Below the pieces are notes generated by a model that saw nothing but the letters and a program-made list of their open reading frames with translations, was not told the origin of the DNA and ran no database searches. A stretch of DNA of 64,000 nt from an uncultured Candidatus Saccharibacteria bacterium (lineage in GTDB: Bacteria > Patescibacteriota > Doudnabacteria > UBA920): contig CAZEKH010000002.1 of NCBI GenBank assembly GCA_964512925.1, forward strand, positions 57,831 to 121,830. The letters are read 5' to 3'. Both the position numbers and the translations under genes were made by a program. This document shows, one piece after another, positions 9,407-19,850 of the stretch (positions within the stretch are counted from its first letter, which is position 1; each line of letters begins with the position of its first letter).

Positions 9407-10510
9407 ATGAATTTAGCCATAATATTTTTTTTAAGTATCGTTGAAGGAATTATCCTGTTTGGACATTTTTTAGTTTACAAAACTTTGACCAAATTCTGGC
9501 CGGCCGTCGCTTTTTGGCCCAACCTGAAACTTATCACTTTAATTTTAGGTTTTAGTTTTTTGATATTTTCCATACTTATCAACTACCAATTCAACTGGTT
9601 TTTATCCTGGGGCTACTATGTTTCTTCAGTTTGGCTCGGGACTCTGCATCTGCTGGTCTGGGCCAGCATCGCAGTTTGGCTTTTGTATATCCCGGTGAAA
9701 ATTTTTGGTTTAAATGTTTCAATGCTCTTGTCCGTAAAAACGCTTTTTTCTCTGGCTATTTTGTTTAGCCTGTACGGCTTATATCATTCTTACCAAACCC
9801 GCGTAACCGCTTACGAGGTAACCCTGCCAAACCTGCCCGCATACTGGCAAGGCAAAAAAATCGCGCTCGTAGCTGATACCCACCTGGGAGATGTCACAAA
9901 CATCGGTTTTTCAAAAAAAATCGCCAAACTTATCGCGGAGCAAAATCCCGAAGCAGTCCTAATCGCCGGGGATTTTTTTGACGGACCGCCAGCCAATTTT
10001 ACGGAACTGGCGATGCCGTTTGGACAGATCAAAGCCCCGTCCGGCGTGTTTTTTGCCAATGGCAACCACGAAGAATTTTCCGACAACCGCCCGTTTGCCG
10101 AAGCCATACAAGCTTCCGGCATTGTCAATGTGACAAACAAAAAAACCGAAGTTAAGGGCCTGCAAATTTTAGGCGTGTCATATGCAGGCACTGGCAAGTA
10201 TGAGGGGCTCTTAGCCCACTTAAAGCCTCTGGAGATAGACCCGAAAAAACCATCTATCCTCATCAAACACTCGCCCAACGCTCTTTCTGCCGCAGCAGAG
10301 TCAGGCGTCAGCCTGACAGTATCTGGCCACAGCCATAGTGGCCAAGTCTGGCCTGGAATGTATTTTACCCGCAAAATTTTCAAAGGCTATGACTACGGCC
10401 TAAAACCATTTGGCAAAATGCTTCAGATAACCACCTCAGGCGCCGGCACCTGGGGGCCCCCGCAGCGCCTGGGCACCAACAGTGAAATTGTCATTCTAAC
10501 TTTAAACTAA
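9407..10510 (+). CDS. Membrane-anchored metallophosphoesterase (YkuE-like)
   Basis: DTHLG, AGDFFD, GNHE and SGHSHSGQ motifs. Confidence 0.9.
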   Translation: MNLAIIFFLSIVEGIILFGHFLVYKTLTKFWPAVAFWPNLKLITLILGFSFLIFSILINYQFNWFLSWGYYVSSVWLGTLHLLVWASIAVWLLYIPVKIFGLNVSMLLSVKTLFSLAILFSLYGLYHSYQTRVTAYEVTLPNLPAYWQGKKIALVADTHLGDVTNIGFSKKIAKLIAEQNPEAVLIAGDFFDGPPANFTELAMPFGQIKAPSGVFFANGNHEEFSDNRPFAEAIQASGIVNVTNKKTEVKGLQILGVSYAGTGKYEGLLAHLKPLEIDPKKPSILIKHSPNALSAAAESGVSLTVSGHSHSGQVWPGMYFTRKIFKGYDYGLKPFGKMLQITTSGAGTWGPPQRLGTNSEIVILTLN

Positions 10511-10621
10511 AGGCTCGCAGTTCCGCCAGGAGAAGCCAGCTTAAATGATTTAGCTTAAGTCCTAAATCTGTAACTTTATTTTGTTTAAAGCGTATTTATA
10601 TACATAAACACAAAGCCAAGT

Positions 10622-11179
10622 ATGACTGAACAGGATGCGATTTCTGCCGTATTAAGCGGCCAAACAGAAAGGTTTTCAGAAATTTATGATTCTTATATCA
10701 AGAAAATCTACGATTTTTTATATGCCCGAACTTTGCACAAACCAACAGCCGAAGATCTAACTTCCCAAGTATTTTTTAAGGCTTATAAAAATTTGTTCCA
10801 ATACAAGCCTAACAAAATAGGAGTCGGGCCCTGGCTGTACGGCATCGCCAGGAACACCCTGATAGACCACTTTAGGCAAAACAAAACCGAACTGCCCATT
10901 GAGACGGTATACGACCTTTCTTCAGACAGTCGGCCGGAGGTAGACACGGACCAGCAAATCAGAAAAGAGCATATAACTAAGCTTTTAAATTTTTTATCGC
11001 CAAAACACAAACAAATCGTGTTATTGCGCCTGTGGGAAGGTTTGTCGCACCAGGAAATCGCCCAAGCGCTCAACATCAGCGAAGCCTCCAGTAAAACAGA
11101 ATTTTTTCGAGCAATCAAATCTCTCAAAGAACACTCAGGCGGTTTAATGTTAGCCTTTATACTATTAACAAAATTCTAA
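10622..11179 (+). CDS. ECF-type RNA polymerase sigma factor
   Basis: AEDLTSQVF, WLYGIARN and region-4 HTH (LSHQEIAQAL). Confidence 0.9.
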   Translation: MTEQDAISAVLSGQTERFSEIYDSYIKKIYDFLYARTLHKPTAEDLTSQVFFKAYKNLFQYKPNKIGVGPWLYGIARNTLIDHFRQNKTELPIETVYDLSSDSRPEVDTDQQIRKEHITKLLNFLSPKHKQIVLLRLWEGLSHQEIAQALNISEASSKTEFFRAIKSLKEHSGGLMLAFILLTKF

Positions 11180-13453
11180 ATGGAAAATTCTGCCGACATT
11201 TTAAAAGAGCTTTACGCCATAGATCCTTCGCTGAAAGAATACGAAGGCAGGCTTTTGCCGATTTTACAAAAATTAATCCGTGAAAAACCCGCCTCTATAC
11301 TTGATCCCGCTTTTGTCCAAACATTAAAACAGCGGCTTGTGGAAGATAATAAACTTCCAGAAACCGCGGCTCAATCATCTATCATTAACTTTTTTTCTAT
11401 GAACAAATTCGCATACGGCTCATTTGCGGTCCTCACAGCAATGGTCATCGCCGGCGTTAGTTTTTACGCCGGGCAAAAAAAATCCGGTCAATTAATTAAG
11501 TTGCCGAACATCTCTGACACTGTCAGCCTGAAAAACAATCCAAAAACCCAAAGTTCGCTGAAAACTTTTGCTTCCGGGGAAGAATACCTTTCTTACCTAG
11601 AAACAGCGCAGAGCTCTTACGGATATGGAGGCGGAGGCGGCTTGATGGAAAAAACCCTGGTCGCGCCAATGTCTGCTTCAGACTCTGCCGGAATTTTACA
11701 AAATGAATTTAGAGCTGCACCCACCTCTAACCTTACCGCAAATTCAGCACCAAGATCTTCCCAAACCAACACACAGGTTTTAAGCATTGACGAACCTGAT
11801 GTGGTTAAAAATGACGGAAAAAATCTTTTTGTTTCAATTGACAATCCGATTTATTATTTTAGACAACCTCTGCCATTTGAAGGCGATATGCCTCAACCGG
11901 GCTCCAAAATTCTTCCACCATATAGCCAACCACAATCACAAACCCAAATCTTAGCCGCCTTTCCTCCTGAGGGTCTTAAAAAATTAGGCAAAATAGACAA
12001 GCAGGGTGAACTGCTTCTGTCCGGCAATACTTTAATGATTTTTTCTTACGAGGGCGTCTCGGCTTTTGATGTTTCTGACAAGCAAAATCCTAAAACAGCC
12101 TGGAAACTCAAATACGAACAAAACAGCCAGCTAGCCACGGCTCGCCTTTTTGAAGGCAAACTTTATATGGTTACCAGAAGCTACCCAGACTACGGCTTGC
12201 CTTGCCCAATTATGCCCCTATCCGTGGACAATGCAAAAATTGAAATCGCCTGCAACCAAATCTATCATCCTGTCTCCCCGATTTCAGACACCAGCCTGTT
12301 TTCAGCTTTTAAAATAGACCCAAAAAACGGACAAGTGGAAAACAAAAGTTCGTTTATGGGCTCCTACGGCCAATCAGTCGCCTATATGTCGGAAAACGCC
12401 CTCTATATAACATACTCTTACCAGCCAGACCAAATCAAAACTTTGCTCAGCTTTTTAAATGAAGACGGCAAAAACTTTTTTTCTTCCGAACTCATAAGCA
12501 AAATTAAACGTCTGGATTCTTATGAGTTAAGCCAAAGCGCAAAAATGGTAGAATTGCAAAACCTTCTCTACTCCTGGCAAAAAGGCGCGGATCAAGACGA
12601 GATGCTGAAAAAACAAACAGAACTGGAAAATCTGGCGCAAAGCTATATCAAAAAACACCAGCGCGAACTAAGCTTAACCGGCATTGCCAAAATCTCCTTA
12701 AAAAATATGTCCGTGGAAAAAACCGCATCAGTGCCAGGAACGCCTTTAAACCAGTTTTCCCTGGATGAATACAAAAACAATCTAAGAATCGCCGTAACCA
12801 TCGGCTCCCAGGGTGGATTTTTCTGGGGCGGTTGGTCTGCCAGTCAAAACACTGTCAACGATGTCTATGTTTTAGACAGCGATCTGGATATTTCCGGCGC
12901 AGTCCGCGACCTTGGCAAAGGCGAAACCATCCATTCAGCCCGCTTTATAGGTAACCGCGGTTATGTCGTAACTTTCCGCCAAACCGACCCGTTCTATGTG
13001 CTGGACTTGTCCAATGCAAAAAATCCCCAGCTTTCTGGCGAACTTAAAATTCCTGGTTTTTCCTCTTACCTGCACCCGCTCAAAGACGATTTGATCTTGG
13101 GAGTTGGCCAGGAAAACAGTAAGGTTAAACTCTCCTTGTTTGACGTATCAAACCCGACCAATCCTCTGGAAGTGGACAAATATATGTTAAATGAGTACTG
13201 GTCAGAGGCGCAACAAAACCATCACGCCTTTTTGCAGGATGAAAAATATCAAGTCTTCTTTTTGCCAGGCGGGCAAAATGGCTATGTGGTTTCCTATAAA
13301 AATAACCGTCTAAATTTGGAAAAAGCCATTGCCTCCACCCAAACCAAACGGGCGGTATATATGGGCGACTATCTCTATATAATCGGTACTGACAAAATTT
13401 CAGTGTACAGTGAAAAAACTTGGGAGAAGGTGAAAGAGTTGGACATACAATAA
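11180..13453 (+). CDS. Membrane-anchored beta-propeller domain protein
   Basis: NTQVLSIDEPDVVKND, VTFRQTDPFYVLDL and GELKIPGFSSYLHP motifs. Confidence 0.85.
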   Translation: MENSADILKELYAIDPSLKEYEGRLLPILQKLIREKPASILDPAFVQTLKQRLVEDNKLPETAAQSSIINFFSMNKFAYGSFAVLTAMVIAGVSFYAGQKKSGQLIKLPNISDTVSLKNNPKTQSSLKTFASGEEYLSYLETAQSSYGYGGGGGLMEKTLVAPMSASDSAGILQNEFRAAPTSNLTANSAPRSSQTNTQVLSIDEPDVVKNDGKNLFVSIDNPIYYFRQPLPFEGDMPQPGSKILPPYSQPQSQTQILAAFPPEGLKKLGKIDKQGELLLSGNTLMIFSYEGVSAFDVSDKQNPKTAWKLKYEQNSQLATARLFEGKLYMVTRSYPDYGLPCPIMPLSVDNAKIEIACNQIYHPVSPISDTSLFSAFKIDPKNGQVENKSSFMGSYGQSVAYMSENALYITYSYQPDQIKTLLSFLNEDGKNFFSSELISKIKRLDSYELSQSAKMVELQNLLYSWQKGADQDEMLKKQTELENLAQSYIKKHQRELSLTGIAKISLKNMSVEKTASVPGTPLNQFSLDEYKNNLRIAVTIGSQGGFFWGGWSASQNTVNDVYVLDSDLDISGAVRDLGKGETIHSARFIGNRGYVVTFRQTDPFYVLDLSNAKNPQLSGELKIPGFSSYLHPLKDDLILGVGQENSKVKLSLFDVSNPTNPLEVDKYMLNEYWSEAQQNHHAFLQDEKYQVFFLPGGQNGYVVSYKNNRLNLEKAIASTQTKRAVYMGDYLYIIGTDKISVYSEKTWEKVKELDIQ

Positions 13454-13543
13454 TTATCTTTGATCCTTAATCTTTAATCCTTTATCCTTTTTTAGATATT
13501 TGTAGGTATCTGTAGATTTGGATAAATTTGTAAATTTGAATTT

Positions 13544-13921
13544 ATGAATGAAGAAGAACTTAAAAAGAAACTCACTCCCGAGCAATACAAAATCCTCAGG
13601 GAAAAAGGCACGGAAAGACCTTTTTCCAGTCCGCTTTTAGATATGAAAGAGCCGGCTGAATTTGCCTGCGCTGCCTGCGGAAATGTGTTGTTTGACTCCA
13701 AAGCCAAATTTGACTCTGGCACCGGCTGGCCAAGTTTTGATCAGGCTTTACCCGGAGCAGTTAAATTTTCCGAAGACACTGAGTACGGTATGACCCGCAC
13801 CGAAGTTACTTGCGCCCAATGCGGCAGCCACTTAGGTCATGTATTTGAAGATGGACCCGCTGAAAGCACTGGCAAACGCTTTTGCATCAACGGCGCCTGC
13901 TTGCTAGTAAACAAGCACTAA
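13544..13921 (+). CDS. msrB: Peptide-methionine (R)-S-oxide reductase
   Basis: GTGWPSF, HLGHVFEDGP and RFCING motifs. Confidence 0.95.
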   Translation: MNEEELKKKLTPEQYKILREKGTERPFSSPLLDMKEPAEFACAACGNVLFDSKAKFDSGTGWPSFDQALPGAVKFSEDTEYGMTRTEVTCAQCGSHLGHVFEDGPAESTGKRFCINGACLLVNKH

Positions 13922-13990
13922 GAGCTTACACCAAGATGGAAGTCTTTAAAAAAGACTTCCATCTTTTATTTGCGCTGAAAACTGGCTTGG

Positions 13991-14527
13991 GTGTATGATA
14001 TGCTTATGAACGAATTGGAAGAAAAAAACCTGCACGAACACCTGGTTCGTAAAAGCGTGTCTGTTTTGCTTTTCAAGGGCGGACTGGTTTTTTTCTTTTA
14101 CTATGCCGTAAGCCTCTTTCTCCGCTGGATGGAAAAAAACAACGCCAATTCGTTGCAAAACTTTACCGGCCTACAATATCAGTCTTCTGCTTCACCCCTG
14201 ACTTATGCAATTTATATCTGGCCGATATTTTTTGGCCTGGTGATGCTGGTTGTGGTTTTGTCCTGGGTCTATGAATATTATATTTTTAAGCTGGACAGGA
14301 TTATTGTCAGAAAGGGCATCCTGTTCAGCTCTGAAGCAGTCTATGAGATAGAAAACATTCACGCAGCCGACGTCTTCCAAGGACTTGTGGGAAAAATCCT
14401 GGACACCGGCACCTTGATCCTAAAATACGGCGCCCGGGGCGTAGAAAAAACCGTGGTCTTAAAAAATATTCCCCGTCCGTATCATGTACTTTCCACAGTA
14501 AAAAATCCATCAGGCAATATATCCTGA
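13991..14527 (+). CDS. Bacterial PH-domain membrane protein
   Basis: Two TM helices followed by DRIIVRKGILF...QGLVGKILDTGTL. Confidence 0.7.
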   Translation: MYDMLMNELEEKNLHEHLVRKSVSVLLFKGGLVFFFYYAVSLFLRWMEKNNANSLQNFTGLQYQSSASPLTYAIYIWPIFFGLVMLVVVLSWVYEYYIFKLDRIIVRKGILFSSEAVYEIENIHAADVFQGLVGKILDTGTLILKYGARGVEKTVVLKNIPRPYHVLSTVKNPSGNIS

Positions 14528-14614
14528 ATAACTCATCCCCGTCCCTCTTCAAAGGCCGGGGTTTGCTTTTAAATATTGCTTCAGATAAAATATCTGAAAG
14601 ATTAACTTTTATAT

Positions 14615-15544
14615 ATGTCAAAAAATAAATATATTACCATCGGTCTTGTCCAGACAAAAGTTTCCGCTGATATTAAAATCAATGTGGAAAAAACAATCAG
14701 ACTAATAGGTCAAGCGGCAAAAAAAGGCGCGAAAATTATCGCTCTTCAGGAACTTTTCCAAACCCCATACTTTCCCCAGTGGGAAAAAAAGAACAAAGAC
14801 GACTACGCTGAAACCCTTAGCGGCTATACTGTTTTGGAAATGAAGAAAGCTGCGGTGAAATACAAAGTGACTTTGGTCGTTCCAATTTACGAAAAAAAGG
14901 GCAAAAAATACTTCAACACCGCCATTGTCTTAAACAAACTCGGAAAAATAGTCGGTCAGTACCACAAAATTCATATTCCCCACGATCCGGGATTTTACGA
15001 AAAGGAGTATTTTGAACATTCAACCGAAGGCTACAAAATTTTTCAAGTAGACAATGTAAAATTTGCGGTCTTAATCTGCTACGACCAGTGGTTTCCGGAA
15101 GCAGCCCGCATGGCGCGGCTTTCCGGCGCGGAAATAATTTTTTATCCCACAGCCATTGCCGATATCATTGGCTATAGGCATAAAAATGACTGGCACGATG
15201 CCTGGGAAACTTCTATGCGGGGACACGCCATAGCTAACAGTGTTTATGTGGCAGCTATAAACCGCACCGGTACAGAAGGACGCTGTAAATTTTGGGGCCA
15301 GTCTTTTGTTGCCGATGCCTGGGGCAAAGTGTTAAAAAGAACCTCCAAAGACAGGGAAGAGGTGCTGGTGCAAAAAATTGATCTGGAATACAACAAATTT
15401 CTTTCCGAAGGTTGGGGCTTTTTAAGAAACCGCAGACCGGACACATACAAAGACCTAGTGTCAAACAAGCTGATAAAAAAATCCAAAAAACTCGCTAGTG
15501 TAGACCATTACGCGGACGAAAAACGCGCTCTTGGACAATTGTAA
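14615..15544 (+). CDS. aguB: Carbon-nitrogen hydrolase, probable N-carbamoylputrescine amidase
   Basis: LQELF, KIHIP and ICYDQWFPE catalytic motifs; adjacent to agmatine deiminase. Confidence 0.85.
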   Translation: MSKNKYITIGLVQTKVSADIKINVEKTIRLIGQAAKKGAKIIALQELFQTPYFPQWEKKNKDDYAETLSGYTVLEMKKAAVKYKVTLVVPIYEKKGKKYFNTAIVLNKLGKIVGQYHKIHIPHDPGFYEKEYFEHSTEGYKIFQVDNVKFAVLICYDQWFPEAARMARLSGAEIIFYPTAIADIIGYRHKNDWHDAWETSMRGHAIANSVYVAAINRTGTEGRCKFWGQSFVADAWGKVLKRTSKDREEVLVQKIDLEYNKFLSEGWGFLRNRRPDTYKDLVSNKLIKKSKKLASVDHYADEKRALGQL

Positions 15545-15652
15545 TTTTTTTTCTTTATTTTTTTCACTTTCCCGCTTCAATGTTGAAATAATTTAACCAA
15601 TAATAATTAAAGACTCCAACCAGTTAATAATTTTGTTCATTTTTGTTCAATT

Positions 15653-16705
15653 ATGGTCAATTTTGTCAATTCTAAATACCTTCTTCCCGCCGAATGGGAA
15701 CCACATCAAGCCATCTGGCTAGCCTGGCCACATGACACTATTACATTTCCTACCAGCCTAAACAAAGTCAGGACAGATGTAGTTAAAATAATTTCTGCCA
15801 TCCACCAAAGCGAACAAGTGGAGCTTTTAGTTTTGGATGACGCTATGCAAAAACAAGCCTCAGATAAACTACAAATAGCCGGTATAGACCTGTCCAAAAT
15901 AACTTTCAGACAAACTGATTATATGGACGGATGGATGCGCGACTGCAGCGGGCTTACAGTAAAAGACGAAACAGGAAAACCCAGCTTAATAAATTTCATA
16001 TTTAACATCTGGGGCAACAAATTTCCAGACCTGGAGATAGACAAACAAATCGCGGAAAAAGTCAGTACCTGGGTCGGTATAAGCAAAATAGACCTACCGA
16101 TTGTTCTAGAGGGTGGAGCCATAGATGTAAACGGCTCCGGCGTTCTTCTGACCACTGAGCAGTGTCTGTTAAATATAAACCGAAACCCTGGCAAAACCAA
16201 AGAGGAACTGGAGAAATATTTTGCAGAATACTTGGGCGTAAAAAAAACCATTTGGCTGAAAAAAGGCCTGTTTAACGACCACACCGACGGGCATATAGAC
16301 GACATCGCCCGGTTTGCCTCTGCAAATACTATCCTTTGCGCATTTGAAGAAAACCCCGAAGACGAAAACTACCAGTCTTTAAAAGATAATTTTGAACAGC
16401 TTTCAAAAGAAACTGACGCTTTTGGCAAACCATTCCAAATCATAAAACTGCCTATGCCCCACTTTTCCTACGAAGTGGAAGCTGCCGGCACCCACTCCAA
16501 AAAAGCTCCCGCCTCCTATACCAATTTTTACATTGGCAACACTGTGGTGTTAGTCCCGGTTTACAACGACCCAAGCGACACAAAAGCTCTGGAAATAATC
16601 CAAAAATGTTTTCCTAACAAAAAAGTTGTCGGTATAGAATGCAGAGACCTCCTCTACGGCGGCGGCGCAGTCCACTGCCTAACTATGCAGCAGCCTGCAA
16701 ACTAG
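15653..16705 (+). CDS. aguA: Agmatine deiminase
   Basis: PAEWEPH, LEGGAI, TDGHIDD and GGGAVHCLT motifs. Confidence 0.92.
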   Translation: MVNFVNSKYLLPAEWEPHQAIWLAWPHDTITFPTSLNKVRTDVVKIISAIHQSEQVELLVLDDAMQKQASDKLQIAGIDLSKITFRQTDYMDGWMRDCSGLTVKDETGKPSLINFIFNIWGNKFPDLEIDKQIAEKVSTWVGISKIDLPIVLEGGAIDVNGSGVLLTTEQCLLNINRNPGKTKEELEKYFAEYLGVKKTIWLKKGLFNDHTDGHIDDIARFASANTILCAFEENPEDENYQSLKDNFEQLSKETDAFGKPFQIIKLPMPHFSYEVEAAGTHSKKAPASYTNFYIGNTVVLVPVYNDPSDTKALEIIQKCFPNKKVVGIECRDLLYGGGAVHCLTMQQPAN

Positions 16706-16933
16706 GGGGTAGCGTATAGGGTACAGTAGATTAAAAAAATAGAATCAAAACTTTGACAGATATTTTGCATCTGGTAAAATAATTTTGACATTAATTTTCG
16801 CTTGAACTTGTTTAAGTCCCCTCTCTTTTACAAAGAGAGGGTTAGGGTGAGTTAAAAAAACTTCTCCCATCCCGCTGAATTAAAATAGCGGGAGAGAATA
16901 CCGAGAAATTCGCGGAAAGCAAAAAGGATAAAA

Positions 16934-18034
16934 ATGGACAAGAAAAAAATTGGTAAACTTTCTAAAGGTTTGCAGGAACTCATACAAGAAGAACCAAACG
17001 CAAAGACTAGCGGGACAGTCAGTCAGTTTGTCAGTAAATCAGTAAAACCGGTTTCGGCTTACGCTGAAAGGACGCTTAACCACTTAAACGGCGGTTCTAC
17101 TTTGCAGGCGGCTTTATGGCTAAAAGAACATTTAAAAAACGGCGGTAAAATTGTAGTTACTTTGGCCGGCGCCCTCTCCTCTTTTCAAGTGGGCGTAATG
17201 CTTTCAGAACTCATAAGAAAAAACAAAGTTCATTTAGTTTCCGCCACCGGAGCCAACCACGAAGAAAGCTACTACCGCTATGTAGCCCACTCCCACTATG
17301 CCTATATCCCCCGCTATACAGAGCTAACTCCAGAGCAGGAAGCTGAACTGCGGGATGCCGGACTTAGGAGAATAACCGACACTTTTTTGCCTGAAGACGA
17401 AAGCGTCAGGATAATGGAGCCTCACCTTTTGAAAATGTGGAAAGAAGCTGAGAAAAAAAATGAAAGCTATTTTCCCCATGAATATTTTAGAAGGCTCTAT
17501 AAAGAAAAACTCATCAAACCAGACCCCAAAGCAAACCCTCTGGACGCTTGGACTTACGCGGCATTTGAAAAAAACATTCCTATTGTTATCCCAGGCTTTG
17601 AAGACAGCACAATGGGCAATATTTTTGCCAGCTATACCTACAAAGGCTCATTAAAAAGCAAAAAAGATGTATTTTTAAATGGTAGTGTAATGAAGACCGG
17701 ACTAGACTATTTCCACCTAATGTATGACTGGTACGCCAAAGAAAGCAAAGACGCGCCCATAGCTTTCCTACAGCTCGGCGGCGGTATAGCAGCTGACTTT
17801 CCGATCTGTGTCGTACCTTCCATCAAGCACGATCTTAAACACCACAAAGTCCGGGACTGGGCAGGCTTCATAGAAATCGGTTCCTCGCCTATGTCCTACG
17901 GCTCCTACTCAGGAGCTGGCGGCAAGGAAAAGATAACCTGGGACAAACTCTCCACCCAAAGCTACTATCAGATCATCCAAAGCGATGTTACAGTTGCTTT
18001 CCCCTGGATAGCCGCCATACTTTTAGACTTATAA
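16934..18034 (+). CDS. Deoxyhypusine synthase-like protein (possible homospermidine synthase)
   Basis: SATGANHEE, EDSTMGN and GSYSGA...EKITWDK motifs. Confidence 0.88.
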   Translation: MDKKKIGKLSKGLQELIQEEPNAKTSGTVSQFVSKSVKPVSAYAERTLNHLNGGSTLQAALWLKEHLKNGGKIVVTLAGALSSFQVGVMLSELIRKNKVHLVSATGANHEESYYRYVAHSHYAYIPRYTELTPEQEAELRDAGLRRITDTFLPEDESVRIMEPHLLKMWKEAEKKNESYFPHEYFRRLYKEKLIKPDPKANPLDAWTYAAFEKNIPIVIPGFEDSTMGNIFASYTYKGSLKSKKDVFLNGSVMKTGLDYFHLMYDWYAKESKDAPIAFLQLGGGIAADFPICVVPSIKHDLKHHKVRDWAGFIEIGSSPMSYGSYSGAGGKEKITWDKLSTQSYYQIIQSDVTVAFPWIAAILLDL

Positions 18035-18376
18035 TATTAGCCTCATAAAAAACAATAAACCCCGCTATCCTAAAATGGAGTAGCGGGGTTTACCCAGCCC
18101 AAATAAATGAAATTAAATACAAATTTAAAAATTTTTTGAAAAACAAACAATAAACCCAGCTCACGACTTTTAATCAAATCATTTGAGCTGGGTTTACTTT
18201 GAGGTAACTTTTCCCATATGCGATTTTCTTTTTTTCTACTTATCCGCCAGTTCGGCGAAGTTAGATGTAAGGCTTAGCCGCCTTTAGGGCTTTTCGCTGA
18301 TCCGCCATAAGGCGGAGGAAAAGCTACCCGAGTGACCTAAAACCGTTAATCATCTATTACATTCCTTTCTAAATAT

Positions 18377-18405
18377 ATCGTACTCCCGTAAAATTTACCC
18401 GTCAA
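18377..18405 (-). promoter_or_regulatory. Sigma70-type promoter facing a non-coding stretch
   Basis: TTGACG-17 bp-TACGAT on the minus strand. Confidence 0.5.
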
Positions 18406-18527
18406 TGCCATTTATCCACCGCTTGGCTTAAATAATAAACAAAATAAAAAACCCGCCATTTCCAGGCGGATTTTTATTTGATTTTAAAAATATTATGTGT
18501 GCAATTTTACTTAATTTTGCTCAATTT

Positions 18528-19850
18528 CTAATAGTCTTTAAGCTTATGCACGCTGGTATGGTCGCGGATTTTTTCCAAAGCTTTGGACTCAATCTGCCTG
18601 ATGCGTTCGCGGGTTACCCCAAACTCTTCGCCCACTTCTTCCAAAGTATGAGTTACGCCGTCTTCAAGTCCAAAACGCATTTTTAATATCTTTTGCTCTC
18701 TGGGGTCCAGGTCGTGCATTATGCCCTGCACATACTCTTTCAAAATCTGCCGGCCTGCCATATCGTGGGGCTTGGCTGTGTCCTCGTCAACAATGAAATC
18801 CCCCAAAGAAGTATCTTCCCCTTCGTCTTCGCCTACGGGAGAATCTATGGATACCGTTTCCTGGGAAATCTTTTTTAAGTGGTAAACTTTTTCCACCTCT
18901 ATGCCCATCTCAGCAGCTATCTCTTCCGGCAAAGGTTCTCTGCCTAAATCCTGAACCAAGGACCTTTCAGCCTGGGCGTACTTATTTAAAGTTTCCACCA
19001 TATGCACCGGAATGCGGATGGTGCGGCTTTGGTCGGCTAAAGCGCGGGTGATAGCCTGCCTTATCCACCAGGTTGCATAAGTGGAAAATTTATAACCTTT
19101 AGTCCAATCAAATTTTTCTACTGCACGGAAAAGACCTAGGTTACCTTCTTGAATAAGATCCAAAAGTCCCAAATTTCTTCCCATATATTTTTTTGCAATG
19201 GAAACCACCAGCCTTAAGTTAGCTTCAGTCAATTTCTTCCTGGCTGCCACATCGCCCTTTTCCACTCTTTTTGCCAAATCAATTTCTTCCTCGCCAGTCA
19301 AAAGAGGCACCTTGCCTATCTCGCGCAAATACATCTGGATAGAGTCATCGTAAATGTCGCCCAAGTCAAAAGCCTCAGCCGTTTCTTCCTGTTGTTTCTT
19401 TTTTTTCTTGGCCGCGGCTTTGGCTTTGGAATCTTTCGGCTCCTCTTCCGGCTCGGCTTTTTTGTTCTGCTCCCAAACGCTGGCGACTTCCTGATCAACC
19501 ACTTCCACGCCGCGCTTGTCTAAGATGTCTAAAACTTTTTCCAAGGCTTCCACATTGTCTTCAAAATACGGAAAAGCGTGGAGGATCTCAGCTTCCGTGA
19601 CAAAACTCCGTTCAAAGCCCTTATCCAAAAGTTTTTGCGCCAATTTTTCCGCTTCCTCGGCTGAAAACTCGGGCAATTTGTTTTTGATTTTGATTTCAGA
19701 TTTTTTCTGCAGACGCCTCAAAATCGCCTTTTTTACACTCGGGTTTTTTTTGCCCGCAGTTTTTTTAAAGGTTTTTTTTGCCCGCAGTTTTTTTAAAGGT
19801 TTTTTTACCTTTGCACTTTTCTTGATTTTGCTGACTTTATGCTTTTTCAT
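18528..19850 (-). CDS. rpoD: Primary RNA polymerase sigma factor
   Basis: [26 protein letters not shown] and TRERIRQIE motifs; Lys-rich N-terminal extension. Confidence 0.97.
   Translation of the reverse strand: MKKHKVSKIKKSAKVKKPLKKLRAKKTFKKTAGKKNPSVKKAILRRLQKKSEIKIKNKLPEFSAEEAEKLAQKLLDKGFERSFVTEAEILHAFPYFEDNVEALEKVLDILDKRGVEVVDQEVASVWEQNKKAEPEEEPKDSKAKAAAKKKKKQQEETAEAFDLGDIYDDSIQMYLREIGKVPLLTGEEEIDLAKRVEKGDVAARKKLTEANLRLVVSIAKKYMGRNLGLLDLIQEGNLGLFRAVEKFDWTKGYKFSTYATWWIRQAITRALADQSRTIRIPVHMVETLNKYAQAERSLVQDLGREPLPEEIAAEMGIEVEKVYHLKKISQETVSIDSPVGEDEGEDTSLGDFIVDEDTAKPHDMAGRQILKEYVQGIMHDLDPREQKILKMRFGLEDGVTHTLEEVGEEFGVTRERIRQIESKALEKIRDHTSVHKLKDY

Noticed and set aside
18285-18335. c-di-AMP (ydaO) riboswitch or RNase P resemblance (GCTGATCC...GGAGGAAA)
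   Set aside because: The downstream conserved elements are absent and no gene follows on that strand.
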